Both the position numbers and the translations under genes were made by a program. A stretch of DNA of 64,000 bases. It comes from Eledone cirrhosa (taxonomy: Eukaryota). Below are positions 1-11,381 of this stretch, one piece after another (position 1 is the stretch's first letter; each line of letters begins with the position of its first letter). Location: assembly GCA_964016885.1 (NCBI GenBank), contig OZ024742.1:22258001-22322000 (forward strand), read 5' to 3'. Below the pieces are notes generated by a model, which did no database searches, had not been told where the DNA came from, and saw nothing but the letters and a program-made list of their open reading frames with translations.

Positions 1-780
1 TCGGACTGATCTGCGGAAAAAGTTTGAATTTTGAAATTTAAACTTGTCTAGGTACCAAGGCCTTTTGCCGATATGTGTTTGTGAGTATTGATTTATTATT
101 TTTTAGATCGACACAGGCAGACTATATGTATTTGAATTAAGATATTTCATTCTAGCTATTTTATTGTCAATTACAATAAAAACACGTAAGTGTTTATCAT
201 ATATTAATTTATACTGCTCAGAAATGTTTCTTAGAGCTAAAATAATTGTAAATGACCCCATTGAGTGTAAACTCTAAATTATATTATATTACTGCTCCCT
301 CAGTTGAGCTGAATTCGTAATCCCATATAAACGGCTGTTATTTCTAGCACTATGAGTATGGGAGGCTAGAGGACTGGAATAATTCGTGTGCAAAACCTCG
401 TGTATTTTCGCTACGTTAACCAGACCTTAGATATTTTTCCGAGGTGAAGTTACTTAATTTTTCTGGGTACCTATTGATAAACACAGACAATTAATTATTT
501 CACTACTAATTAATTAATTATTTCACTATTATACCATCCTTTGTGAAACATGTTTAAATTTTGAAGTTCGGACTGATCTGCGGAAAAAGTTTGAATTTTG
601 AAATTTAAACTTGTCTAGGTACCAAGGCCTTTTGCCGATATGTGTTTGTGAGTATTGATTTATTATTTTTTAGATCGACACAGGTAGACTATATGTATTT
701 GAATTAAGATATTTCATTCTAGCTATTTTATTGTCAATTACAATAAAAACACGTAAGTCTTTATCATATATTAATTTATA
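1..780. repeat. End of a 567-bp tandem repeat (one full unit plus ~213 bp of the next; probably continues upstream of the window)
   Basis: tcggactgatctgcggaaaaagtttgaatttt at 1 recurs at 568; 1-213 and 568-780 are nearly identical, and the second copy ends in a (TA)n tract. Confidence 0.9.
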
Positions 781-886
781 TATATATATATGAATTTTGT
801 ATATCTAATGATCCCTAGCTTGTTAGGGTGTGTTTACGAATAAACACTTGGAAATCCTTATATATATATATATATCTCATGGTTTT

Positions 887-954
<68 letters not shown>

Positions 955-957
<3 letters not shown>

Positions 958-1085
958 TGTTTATATTGACACATTGCCTTGCAATCCTGAACATTTCACA
1001 TTTTTGGTCCTCGCCTTGTAGAACATGTTTGAACTTTCTATCCTCTGCTTCCCTTCTTACAGTCCTATACAAGCGAGACACGGCC
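955..1085 (-). mobile_element. RTE-clade LINE ORF internal fragment (between endonuclease and RT), degenerate
   Basis: Minus-strand translation LYRTVRREAEDRKFKHVLQGEDQKCEMFRIARQCVNINSD resembles the pre-RT 'VFRIARQC' segment I recall from RTE LINEs; not searched. Confidence 0.55.
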
Positions 1086-1131
1086 GCCCGATCAATCTTG
1101 CCTCAAGTGGAACAATTCCCCTCTAATTCCC

Positions 1132-1170
1132 CTCTAACCCATGCTAGCGTGAATGATAGAGGTTAAACGA

Positions 1171-1174
<4 letters not shown>
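1132..1174 (+). mobile_element. RTE/SINE 3' terminal tail fragment
   Basis: tctaacccatgctagcgtg...ttaaacgatgat matches the terminus of the RTE at 9750-9810. Confidence 0.7.
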
Positions 1175-1251
<77 letters not shown>

Positions 1252-1369
1252 TATATATATATATATGTTAGGTAATTCCGAAAGAAAAGCAAAGGAAAAA
1301 AGAGTGCTCTATGTATAGAACAGAGCTATTTAATTGGGAAGTGAACAACACAATATATAACTACTCCAT

Positions 1370-1436
1370 TACCAAAGGTTTCTGGATCACAGACGATAAC
1401 AATAACAATATAATATACATCTGGATCAGTCGTCAG
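1370..1436 (-). ncRNA. Hammerhead-ribozyme-like motif (type I, degenerate), left arm of the fold-back
   Basis: Minus strand: CUGACGA-cuGAUCCAGAUG...CGUCUGuGAUCca-GAAA-CC-UUU-GG-U-A. Core boxes and stem III (ACC/GGU) are intact; the base of stem II and stem I are imperfect. Confidence 0.5.
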
Positions 1437-1507
1437 GCAAAGATGTTATAGATAAAAGATATGATTTTAAATCTCATTTCAACATCTTTTATCTTTAATA
1501 TATCTGT

Positions 1508-1568
1508 CTGACGACCGATCCAGATGTATATTATATCATTATCGTCTGTGATCCAGAAACCTTTGGTA
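1508..1568 (+). ncRNA. Hammerhead-ribozyme-like motif (type I, degenerate), right arm of the fold-back
   Basis: CUGACGA-ccGAUCCAGAUG...CGUCUGuGAUCca-GAAA-CCUUUGG-U-A; inverted copy of 1370-1436. Confidence 0.5.
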
Positions 1569-1619
1569 ATGCAGTAGTTGTATTTTGTATTATTCACTTT
1601 CTAATTAAATATATATATA

Positions 1620-1935
1620 TTTCGTTTCTGAATTTGTTTAGCAAGATTCTTTATCTGAAAACGTGTGTTGAAACTGATATTGTTATGCTTTTGGAGGGTC
1701 ATGTTGCCAATAAGAAAAACACGCACCAGTTGCTTTCATCCAATTTATTATAAATTAAATTTATAAATTTAAGAATTTATAAATTTCTGGTTGGTTGGTT
1801 GGTTCCATAACTGGACGGTTGTTCATATATTATCAAAGTTCTTTCGTCACACATTCTGTAACCTCTTCAGTGACTGGGGATTCTTTTCTTTGTTTTTGTG
1901 CCTCTCCTTTGTTTTGTCCTACGCCATCTTGTTTT
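1620..1935. mobile_element. Penelope-like terminal (pseudo-LTR) remnant: inverted module A (~1620-1715) plus module B (~1819-1935)
   Basis: Module B recurs in direct orientation at ~11641-11757 and module A recurs inverted at ~11819-11910; flanked by (TA)n and carries a hammerhead motif. The Penelope assignment is inferred. Confidence 0.55.
1832..1874 (-). ncRNA. Minimal type-I hammerhead-ribozyme motif
   Basis: Minus strand: GUCA-CUGAAGA-G-GUUAC-AGAAUGU-GUGAC-GAAA-GAAC-U-U-UGAU; stems I and II pair using G-U wobbles. Confidence 0.62.
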
Positions 1936-1963
1936 TATATATATATATCCTCCTCCTCCTCCT

Positions 1964-2050
1964 CATCATCATCATCATCATCACCGTTTAATGTCCATTT
2001 TTCTAAGCTAGCATGGGTTAAATGAGTTGCCCCATTGTGAGACAAGCCAA
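1964..2050 (-). mobile_element. RTE/SINE 3' tail with (GAT)n end
   Basis: (cat)n-caccgtttaatgtccattttt...gctagcatgggtta is the reverse complement of the shared tail. Confidence 0.7.
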
Positions 2051-2074
2051 GTCCAATGACCATGTACACAAACA

Positions 2075-2145
<71 letters not shown>

Positions 2146-3029
2146 CATCATCATCATTATCATCAATGTTCTTACATTGACTTTTCTATGGTGGCATCTG
2201 ATAGCTGGGAATTTTTGAGACAATGTTTGATAGCTGGATGCCAAACCCTTTGGTTGCTTCTTACAACATGCAGTGAAGTGGTCTACAAACTCCTACCATT
2301 TGAATTAACTATCTTCTACTTTTTTTTATAACTCATCTGTTTTGTTTTTATCATCAAAACGTACCTGAAAAACCAATACCAAAGCAAATAAAGAGATGTA
2401 AGTGTTTATTTGACATGCTAAAAATAGTAGTTAAACCTCTGTGAAATCCCACCCTACCATCTGAAAAAAAAAGAAGAAATTAGATAATATATCCTGAAAT
2501 GCTTTTGATTATAAATGCTTTTGGATCAAAAGTTCATTGTGAGTAGCACAAAGAAGATGAAAGACTGACCTTTTCTTGGAGAGGATAATATTATATTGTA
2601 GGTAATTTACCATCTGAAAGATATGTTTCCTAATTCCTTGCTTATATTTAACTCTCACTCCTCTGTACCACATGAAACTGAATCAAGATATTCTTGAAAT
2701 ATATATAGTGCTGCATCACATTAAAAAGTAATGCTTATTCTATAAATAACAGTAAATTTTCATTTTGATCTGTCCACTGTTAAAGATACTATAAACATTT
2801 GAATTAAGAAACCTATTTTTAGATATTTTCAGCTAAATTATTACAGGATGGTAAAAGTTAGAGACTCCATTTGGACATGAATGACCATGATCTTTGCACT
2901 AAGAAAGTTATAATCTGAGGCATGAAGTCTGAGCAAGGTTCTTTATTTTTGTGGAAGACCAGCAGTCACCCATGCTATCAGTCTCTCCTCACCATGCCAC
3001 CGATGTTGTCCAAGGGAAAGGCAAAGGCA

Positions 3030-3160
3030 GTTGAGTAAACTGGTGTAACATGAAGTGTCTTGCTCAAGTACACAACACACTGCCTGGTCTAGGAATCAAA
3101 CTCACATTCTGCCGATTGTAAGTCTAATGCTCTAACCACAAAGCCATGTATCTTCACAAG
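3030..3160 (-). mobile_element. Diverged tRNA-head/CORE-like SINE 5' part
   Basis: gagtaaactgg...aagtgtcttgctcaag...gctctaaccac..agccatgt aligns with the reverse complement of the SINE at 10929-11050. Confidence 0.65.
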
Positions 3161-3493
3161 AGGATGGTAAGAGTTAACGAAGCAATGTAATAGAAAAAGA
3201 ATTCATTACCATCAAACAGATCTGAACCTATTACTCAGGAACTGTAGGCATAATAACTTAATCACATGCCAAATTCCCTTCTGTAAACATCTCAAGGAAT
3301 GGTAAGGAAATCTTCTACAAAAATTCAACACCATATTGAGTCTGTAGAATTTTGTTTCAGAGATTTATTGGAAAGGTAATTGAAAGAATTTAAGACAGGT
3401 GCACCAAGAGTTTTGTTTATAACTTCAATAGGAAGAATTCCTTTTGGGACAGGATAATATAAACTTGTATATATATATACATTCATACACACA

Positions 3494-3553
<60 letters not shown>

Positions 3554-4659
3554 TACATATATACATACACACACGCTCTCTCTGTCACACACATACATAC
3601 GTACACACACACATTCTATGTTCCTCTATAATGATATATAATGATATACTGAATGACATGTTAGAAAAACAATCTACATATTGATACATTTAACCAATTC
3701 CATTTGAATCAAAGTTATATATACCAGCAAAAGTCTCAAAAGAATCACAAAGATTTGTTATTTAAAGCCACTGCTGTTTCTAATTGTAACATTTTCCTTT
3801 ATTATATCTTGGCTTTGTTCTGTCATTCAATAGACAATTTATTTCAATAAGAATTATATTGGAAACTAATCAATTGAAAGTTAGTGACTGGACAAAATTG
3901 AGCAGATGTCTCCATCAATAAAATTTGATTGTCAATTATGAAGAAGAAATAGCTGATATTTAAAGCAGAAATATGCACATATATTCAATTTTCTGGAAAG
4001 AATTCTTAAAAGAGAATTTATACAATGTTTCCCCCTACCTCTTTCCTAACCTTGCTGTTTTCATTTACTTAATAAGAAAACAAAACTTTATTATTAGGAC
4101 TACCAGTTCCATAACTAATGTTCTGTTTGTGACCAAACAAATTAATTCAATAGAACTGTAGTCAGATGGAATTAGTAAGATAACTTGAATAAATCAATAG
4201 AGAGTGAATTTCCTCAAAGGTTAAATGTTAAAGTTTACTTGCTAGGGTTGTGGATATTCTTAAAATCTCTAGCTTAAATCCTTTCCCAGTCTTACTTGAT
4301 TATAAGCTGATTGAATTTTTGAAATTCCCCAAGAAAATTAGTTTCATTTTCTTTTCTGTTTATTTTTTTCTTTAGTATATATTATTTCTTTTCTTTAGTA
4401 TATATTTTTTATTTATCTGGATGTGTCATAATTTGTGGTTCAGATGTTAAGTTAGAAAAGATAGAAAATATAAATGAAGATGCAAGCATGGCTCGTAATG
4501 CCTAAGGGAGTTGTGGAGGTGCTGTGTTGACATGCAGCATTTTTAGAGTATTTTTAAACCTGGCAGAGCACATCTCTTCAGTTCTGAATTTAGCAAATTT
4601 ATTCCAGAGAAGGATAGAGAGTGAGAGAATGGAAAAATAAGAAAGAAGTATAGAGGAAA

Positions 4660-4790
4660 AATTGGCCTCGGTACTTGGTTGGTACTTCTTTTTATCAACC
4701 TCGAATGGAAGAAAGGCAAAGTATACATCAGCAGGATTTGAACTAAGGGAGTAGAGAGCTAGATTGAATACTGCAAAGCATTCTCTCCAA
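4660..4790 (-). mobile_element. Diverged Meta-domain SINE
   Basis: ggtacttctttttatcaacc..gaatggaagaaaggcaaagt...caggatttgaact matches the family at 14940-15130 in reverse; another partial plus-strand copy lies at ~4910-4980. Confidence 0.6.
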
Positions 4791-5550
4791 TGTTCTATAA
4801 ATGAAGTTTCTTTGAGTTAATATGGAATTTGAAGACAAATTATAAATGCAGAAATTTGTTAAAGATATTAGAATGTAGAAAAACTACCTGGAGTATTTAT
4901 TCGTCTTTTTAAGTTCAAATCTCACCGAGGTTGACTTTATCTTTGATCTTTCCAAGGTCAATAAAATGACGTAGCAGTCCAGTGTGAGGGATTGCTAGAA
5001 TTGTCAGAGCACTGGATGTCCCGTGGTATTTGTTTCTGGTCCTTTGATTTCAAACCTTGCTATTGTTTACTCAAGTGGTACACTTAATGATATTGTTACC
5101 AACACTGCCAAAACCAGCTCTGGTTCTATGAAATAAAATCACCCATTTTATAGGTATTCACCAATTTTAAACCACCCATTTTAAAATTAAATTAAAATCT
5201 CCCAACATAATTTTCTATAAGAACCTTCCATTAAGTTATTATCTCAGTAATGAAATAATTAATAATTTTAGTAAATCGTTCGAAATTCTTCGTTAATTAA
5301 TTGAAATAGAAGATATTTCATTAGAAATATGGTCATGAAAGGATTAATCCTAAGATCAGAGAGAGGAAAATTGATGAGTTTAGCAAAGATAAGGGCCTAT
5401 CTTAAAGGTGTACTGTTTGATGTCACTGGAAACGATATTATCAGAACCTGTGGCCTTATCAAATTGAAGTTAGAGGAGTTTGGGTTTCATGTATGGGATG
5501 TATATATCTGTCAGATTGAAACTGATGGAATAGATACTGAAGGAGTTTCC

Positions 5551-5932
5551 ATCATCATCATTATCATGTCCATTTTTCCCCCACTTGCTTGGGTTGGTTA
5601 GATCCTTTTCAGCATAAAATCTCTCCACATGTTAAGATCCTTCATTATCTCCACTGTAAGTTTCAGCAATTTGAGATCAGCTTTCACCAACTCTGCCTAG
5701 GTCTTCTTTGGCCTTCCTCTACAATAGTTTTCTTCCACTGAGATTTCTTGGCAATTCTTCACACAACAATAACGATGGATACACATCACATGTCAATACT
5801 AACATAGTCTGCTCTCCTGCACACTACTTCTGATTCCTCTTATACCCAGTTTTTGTTTAAGTTAGTCCACACTAAGTTGTTCTCTTACATTAACAGTGCA
5901 CATCCATTGAAGTTTGCTTGCTTCATTTCTAT
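5551..5932 (-). mobile_element. 5'-truncated, decayed RTE LINE 3' end
   Basis: Aligns by eye with 23628-24010 (catcacatgtc, gcacatcc...gcttg..tcatttct) and ends in a (cat)n tail. Confidence 0.75.
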
Positions 5933-6119
5933 ATGAAATATAATTTAAACTTAATAAAATAATGTGATGGTCAGAGTCACACATTCAACAACAGTACAAC
6001 TCAATATCCCTACCCCAAATGATATAGGCCCAGATCTTGTTGGGGTGCAGTGACACAATTTAATTTATTGGGACCTCGGATGAAAAAATTCTTCTTCTTC
6101 TTCGTCACCTCCTCCTTTT

Positions 6120-6530
6120 TTGTCAACTTATTCCTGAGAGGGTTGTGGAGTTAGAGTCCTCAAACATTCCTTCCAGCAGGTCCTGTTAGAAGCAACAGTT
6201 TCCACTTGGTCTGGCTGGAGTTCCAAGTGAGACCAGCCAAACTCATGGATGTTATCCAACCATCTTGTTTGGGGTCTACCCCTGAGTCTCCTGCCAGTTG
6301 CTTTTGCCCATTAAATCTGTCCAACGATTCTTTCCTGAGACATTCTAACCACATATCCATAATATTGGAGCTGTGATCTCTCAATTCAGAGAAGTAGCAG
6401 CTCTACCTGGAGCAACACTCTGATCTCTGAGCTACGCAGTGTTTCAAGTAACGTTACTCCAAAGACCCTTCGGAAGAACCCCAATTTGGCCACTTGTATT
6501 TGTGATTGTATTCTTTCGGTCATTAGTAAT
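6120..6530 (-). mobile_element. Decayed C-terminal fragment of a second RTE-type LINE family
   Basis: Minus-strand reading SQLQYYGYVVRM...GRRLRGRPQTRWLDNI...NRTCW carries the typical RTE C-terminal L-x-[WY]-x-G-[HY]-V-x-R and GRP-x-x-RW motifs, with stops. Confidence 0.65.
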
Positions 6531-6883
6531 GACTCATTACCCAAGATTCATGACCACAGGCAAGGATTGACACAAGTAATAATTGTTTCTACTTTTGGCA
6601 CAAGACCAGCAATTGTCCCAATGTATTCTGGTACTTTATTTTATCGACCCCAATAAAATGAAAACAACAACAAAAAACCAAAAAGTAATAACTAAAAAAA
6701 GGCCAAAGAAGAAAAATAAAGGAAGCCATATGAAAGAGAATGAAGTAGTTGATAGCTTGTATGTATGTGTATTACTATGTAATATGTCAAATGGTTTCAA
6801 TATAGAAGGTTGTTGGAATATGTATGTAGATTAACTACATATTTAACATGTATGGCATAGTGAACAAGTAGTAGAAGCTGTAC

Positions 6884-7010
6884 ATACTACTACTACTACT
6901 ACTACTACTGCTACTAATATTACTACTACAGCTGCTACTACTAATGCTACTGCTTCTACTGCTACTATTACTGATGCTACTACTACTATTATCTCTGTAC
7001 ATAATAATAC
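6884..7010. repeat. (TAC/TGC)n degenerate trinucleotide microsatellite
   Basis: Directly visible. Confidence 0.9.
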
Positions 7011-7084
7011 TACTATCATTGTCACTAACTGAACACTGATTATACATGATGTGTGTGTATATATGTCATGATATGTATACACCA

Positions 7085-7407
7085 TCATTCATCATCATCA
7101 TTTCATTTTACGTCCACTTTTCCCTGCTTGCAAGGGTGGGACGGGAACTGATTCTGGCTTGATTTCTACAGCTGGATGCCCTTCCTAACACCAACCTCAT
7201 TTACAGTGAATGGTGGGTGCTTTTTTGCCATGGCACCTCCACGACCACTTTGCAGTGGAATGATAGGGACCTCTCATTTCTACAGCTGAGTAAACTGGAG
7301 CAATGTGAAATAAAGTGCCTTGCTCAAGGAAACAACACATCACCCGGTCTGAGAATTGAACTCCCAACCTTTCGATTGCAAGGCTCTAACCACTAAGCCA
7401 TGTGCCT
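7085..7407 (-). mobile_element. Full-length tRNA-derived SINE with CORE-like centre and RTE-derived tail
   Basis: Reverse complement of 10929-11265 and 18503-18842; A-box-like tggcttagtgg, B-box-like gagttcaattc and a (GAT)n tail. Confidence 0.88.
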
Positions 7408-7631
7408 ATATATATATATATATATAAATATAAATTAGTGAGAATCGTATTTTGGCTTAGGAATTAAGGAAAAACAACTTCCGAGATGTGTGGCAAGTGC
7501 TCGATGATTCAGATGAACCAGAGCTACAACATACGTTAAACACTGAAACGATGGTTAAACAAACATCCGTACAGCCAAAGAAACGACCAAGTAATTCGGG
7601 TCAAACAAATAAAAATATATGTGATTGAAAA

Positions 7632-7665
<34 letters not shown>

Positions 7666-8182
7666 TTGAAAAAAAAAATGAAAACGAAATTTCATTTCTC
7701 ACTCTTAGTATGGCACTTACTTAAATGTAAGTATGTATGTATACGTACATACATATATGTATACAGACGTACAGTAGCATGCACACATATATATTTCGAT
7801 TGCAAGGCTCTAACCACTAAGCCATGTGCCTATATATATATATATATATATAAATATAAATTAGTGAGAATCGTATTTTTGCTTAGGAATTAAGGCAAAA
7901 CAACAAATATATATATATATATATGTAACTATGTATGTATACAGACGTACAGTAGCATGCACATATATATATATATATATATACATATATACATACAGGT
8001 ACACATACATATATGCACGCATCAATATTGAGTGAGTTAAATCGGTCAGGCATACCGAAAACGATAAGTTGAAAAAAAATGAAAACGAAATTTCATTTCT
8101 CACTCTTAGTATGGCACTTACTTAAATGTAAGTATGTATGTATACGTACATACATATATGTATACAGACGTACAGTAGCATG

Positions 8183-8256
<74 letters not shown>

Positions 8257-8613
8257 TACATACAGGTACACATACATATATGCACGCATCAGTTTAGCGG
8301 AGGTTTATTATAACGCCGCTTTGTTCGTTTGTTTCTTAGGCTGCTCAGCCGTTAATTTTCATAAGGAAAGTATATACTTTCGAACGTTCAACTATCTGGC
8401 AGATGGGTAAACGGTGCTGATGATAGCTAACAAGCTTGAAACTAGTACATCGTTCCTGTGTCAGTGTTGAACAAAAAGGTGACGTGGTTGCCTTAACACC
8501 GTATGGCATAAATTCAGGCTGTTCGGTTTGTTGACAAACAAACGAACAAAGCGGCGTTATAATGAACGTCCGCTAAACTGATGCGTGCATATATGTATGT
8601 GTACCTGTATGTA

Positions 8614-8647
<34 letters not shown>

Positions 8648-8880
8648 CATGCTACTGTACGTCTGTATACATATATGTATGTACGTATACATACATAGTT
8701 ACATATATATATATATATATTTGTTGTTTTGCCTTAATTCCTAAGCAAAAATACGATTCTCACTAATTTATATTTATATATATATATATATAGGCACATG
8801 GCTTAGTGGTTAGAGCCTTGCAATCGAAAGGTTGGGAGTTCAATTCTCAGACCGGGTGATGTGTTGTTTCCTTGAGCAAG
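7319..8880. repeat. Complex local inverted and direct duplication
   Basis: ~8133-8334 pairs with 8536-8696 around a 201-nt spacer; 8697-8880 is an inverted copy of 7795-7930 and 7319-7478; 7660-7790 is directly repeated at 8063-8190. Confidence 0.9.
8410..8454 (+). ncRNA. Minimal type-I hammerhead ribozyme of Penelope type
   Basis: AACGGUG-CUGAUGA-U-AGCU-AACA-AGCU-U-GAAA-CUAG-U-A-CAUCGUU: 7-bp stem I, 4-bp stem II closed by U.U, palindromic ACUAGU stem III and GUA cleavage triplet. Confidence 0.78.
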
Positions 8881-9810
8881 TACCACCAATCTCTGGGAGG
8901 GCCCTGTAGAAACAGTAGACAGCTTCTGCTACCTAGGTGACCGAATTAGCAACGGAGGTGGGTGCTCAGAAAGTACAATAACTAGGGTAAGAACGGGATG
9001 GAAGAAGTTTAGGGAACTACTACCACTGCTAGCTGCAAAATGCTTCTCCCTCAGAATGAAAGGCAGACTGTATGATGCGTGTATCCGAACTGCGATGTTG
9101 CATGGTAGTGAGACCTGGGCGCTGAAGGTGGAAGACTTACGTAGATTAGAGAGAAACGAAGCCTGCATGCTCCGATGGATGTGTGACAGTAATATACGTG
9201 AACGACAAAGCATAAAGGAATTGAGAGAGAGACTGAGCATAAGAGGAATCAAATGCTGCGTGCAGGAGAGGCGGTTACGCTGGTATGGACATGTGATGCG
9301 TATGAAGGATGACAGCTGCATAAAAAGGTGCAGAGCACTAGAAGTTGATGGAAACCGGGGAGTGGGGAGACCCAAGATGACTTGGGATGAGGCGATAAAA
9401 GCCGACCTTACCCAACTACACCTCTCAAAGACAATGACACACGACCGTGACTTCTGGCGTCACGCAGTAATACAGGGTACCCGACCTCCCATGGGTACAT
9501 GCTGAAGCATATAAACAATATGCCCCCACTCCCCCCACCGCAAGGTGGTCGTGGAGGTGCCACGGCAAAAAAGCACCCAGCCCACACTGTAAAGTGGACG
9601 TGTAGGCGCCACGAAAAAGCACCCAGCACTCACTGTAAATGAGGTTGGTGTTAGGAAGGGCATCCAGCTGTAGAAATCAAGCCAGATCAGTTCCTGTATG
9701 AGCAAGGCATGGTCAGCCGACCAGACACTGCCCACAACAGGACAACCCGTCTAACCCATGCTAGCGTGGAAGAACGGACGTAAAACGGTGATGATGATGA
9801 TGATGATGAT
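8881..9810 (+). mobile_element. 5'-truncated RTE-clade LINE: open C-terminal ORF (~8906-9505) plus 3' UTR and (GAT)n tail
   Basis: In-frame VETVDSFCYLGDRISNGGGCSESTITRVRTGWKKFRELLPLL...LHGSETW...RLRWYGHVMRM...GRPKMTW are hallmark RTE post-RT motifs, with no internal stop. Confidence 0.92.
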
Positions 9811-9874
9811 ATATATACGATATTAAATAAATGGAAACTATATTTATAAAATCATATTTATTTCATTATATATA

Positions 9875-9916
9875 TTTCAGGGATATCATATTAAAAATAT
9901 GGTATGCCTTCATCAG
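9875..9916 (-). ncRNA. Degenerate hammerhead-like core
   Basis: Minus strand: CUGAUGA-AGGcAUAcCAUAUU-UUU-AAUAUGaUAUcCCU-GAAA; a long stem II with two mismatches, but stems I and III are not convincing. Confidence 0.4.
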
Positions 9917-10302
9917 ACAAAATACAATATAAACAGTCTTATAAATAGATAGATTTGACATACCTTACACTTCAACTTCCATTTAAAAAGTTGATTTGGT
10001 AGTGAAAAATGTTAGGGACAGTTATAGAAAAAAGAAAAGAAAGAAAGAAAGAAAACGAAGAAAAAGAAGAAATGCATGTACCGAAAAACCGAGAGAGATA
10101 GATATAGAGAGAATACTTGTTGAGTGCTTTTATATCAGTTATAAATATTTACTCGTTGTAACACAACAATTTAAATAAAACTTTGCATATATATATATAT
10201 ATATATATTTTCATTTTTTAACGTATGTTTGTCTTTGCCGAAACATGCTAGAAGAATAAAATAACTTAATTTTTCATCTTTATTATTTTTGCAAATATCT
10301 AT

Positions 10303-10341
<39 letters not shown>

Positions 10342-10494
10342 GAGAGAGAGAGATTGAAAGAGAAGGTGAAAAACAACACCAGCAGAAATAAAAATGTATT
10401 TAAGATTAAATTCAGCCGACATAAAGTAAATAACAACAACAACAACTAGAAAGATGGATACCTACATATATATATATATATATACAATGTATAT

Positions 10495-10670
10495 ATACCA
10501 TCCTCATCACCACCACCATCATTATCATCACCACCACCACCACAACCACCATCATCACCACCAACACCACCACCACCATCATCATCCTCGTTTAACACAT
10601 ATATATATATACAATATATATTTTACCATCATCATCATTGCCACCAACACCACCACCATCATCGCTGTTT
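10495..10670. repeat. (CAC/CAT)n low-complexity tract
   Basis: Directly visible; source of the poly-His ORF. Confidence 0.85.
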
Positions 10671-10869
10671 AACACACACACACACATATATATATAGGAA
10701 GGGGTGTAATGTACACACATATATATATCATCATCATCACCACCATTTAACACACACATATATAATATGTCAGTTATTCATTCCTCTATGATTGCAACTT
10801 ATACATTTTTATTTAAAAACTTTCTTTCTGCCAACATATACCAATAAAGTACAATCTCCCTCCCCCCTC

Positions 10870-10928
<59 letters not shown>

Positions 10929-11265
10929 GGCTTAGTTGTTAGAGCATTGGCCTTGTAATCGAAAGGTTGTGAGTTCAATTCTCAGACCAGGTGATGTGTT
11001 GTTTCTTTGAGCAAGACACTTTATTTCACATTGCTCCAGTTTACTCAGCTGTAGAAATGAGATGATAGGGACTGGGGTCCATATCATTCCACTGCAAAGT
11101 GGTCGTGGAGGTGCCACGGCACAAATGCACCCAGTCCACACTGTAAATGAGGTTGGTGTTAGGAAGGGCATCCAGCTGTAGAAATCAAGCCAGAATCAGT
11201 TCCTGTCCCACCCTTGCAAGCAGGGAAAAACGGACGTAAAATGATGATGATGTTGATGATGATGA
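10929..11265 (+). mobile_element. Full-length tRNA-derived SINE with CORE-like centre and RTE-derived tail
   Basis: ggcttagttgttagagc...gagttcaattc head; ttgagcaagacacttt...cagctgtagaaatgag centre; cccacccttgcaagcagggaaaaacggacgtaaaatgatgat tail. Confidence 0.88.
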
Positions 11266-11266
11266 T

Positions 11267-11297
<31 letters not shown>

Positions 11298-11325
11298 AAC
11301 AGAAATAACAACACAATCGGTACAG

Positions 11326-11381
<56 letters not shown>

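Larger units (their letters stand above)
1328..1610. repeat. ~280-bp imperfect inverted repeat (fold-back), centre near 1470
   Basis: cattaccaaaggtttctggatcacagacgataa (~1367-1399) is the reverse complement of ttatcgtctgtgatccagaaacctttggtaatg (~1539-1571); inner and outer segments also pair. Confidence 0.92.

Noticed and set aside
5085-5348. Possible TTAA-bounded MITE ending aaaggattaa
   Set aside because: The left terminal repeat is too degenerate to support the call
8929-9375. 148-aa minus-strand ORF, and likewise 23607-24221(+)
   Set aside because: Antisense shadows of RTE coding sequence
10929-11000. tRNA gene-like sequence (also at 7340-7407, 17225-17280 and 18505-18575)
   Set aside because: A/B boxes are present but there is no complete cloverleaf, and each continues into a SINE body
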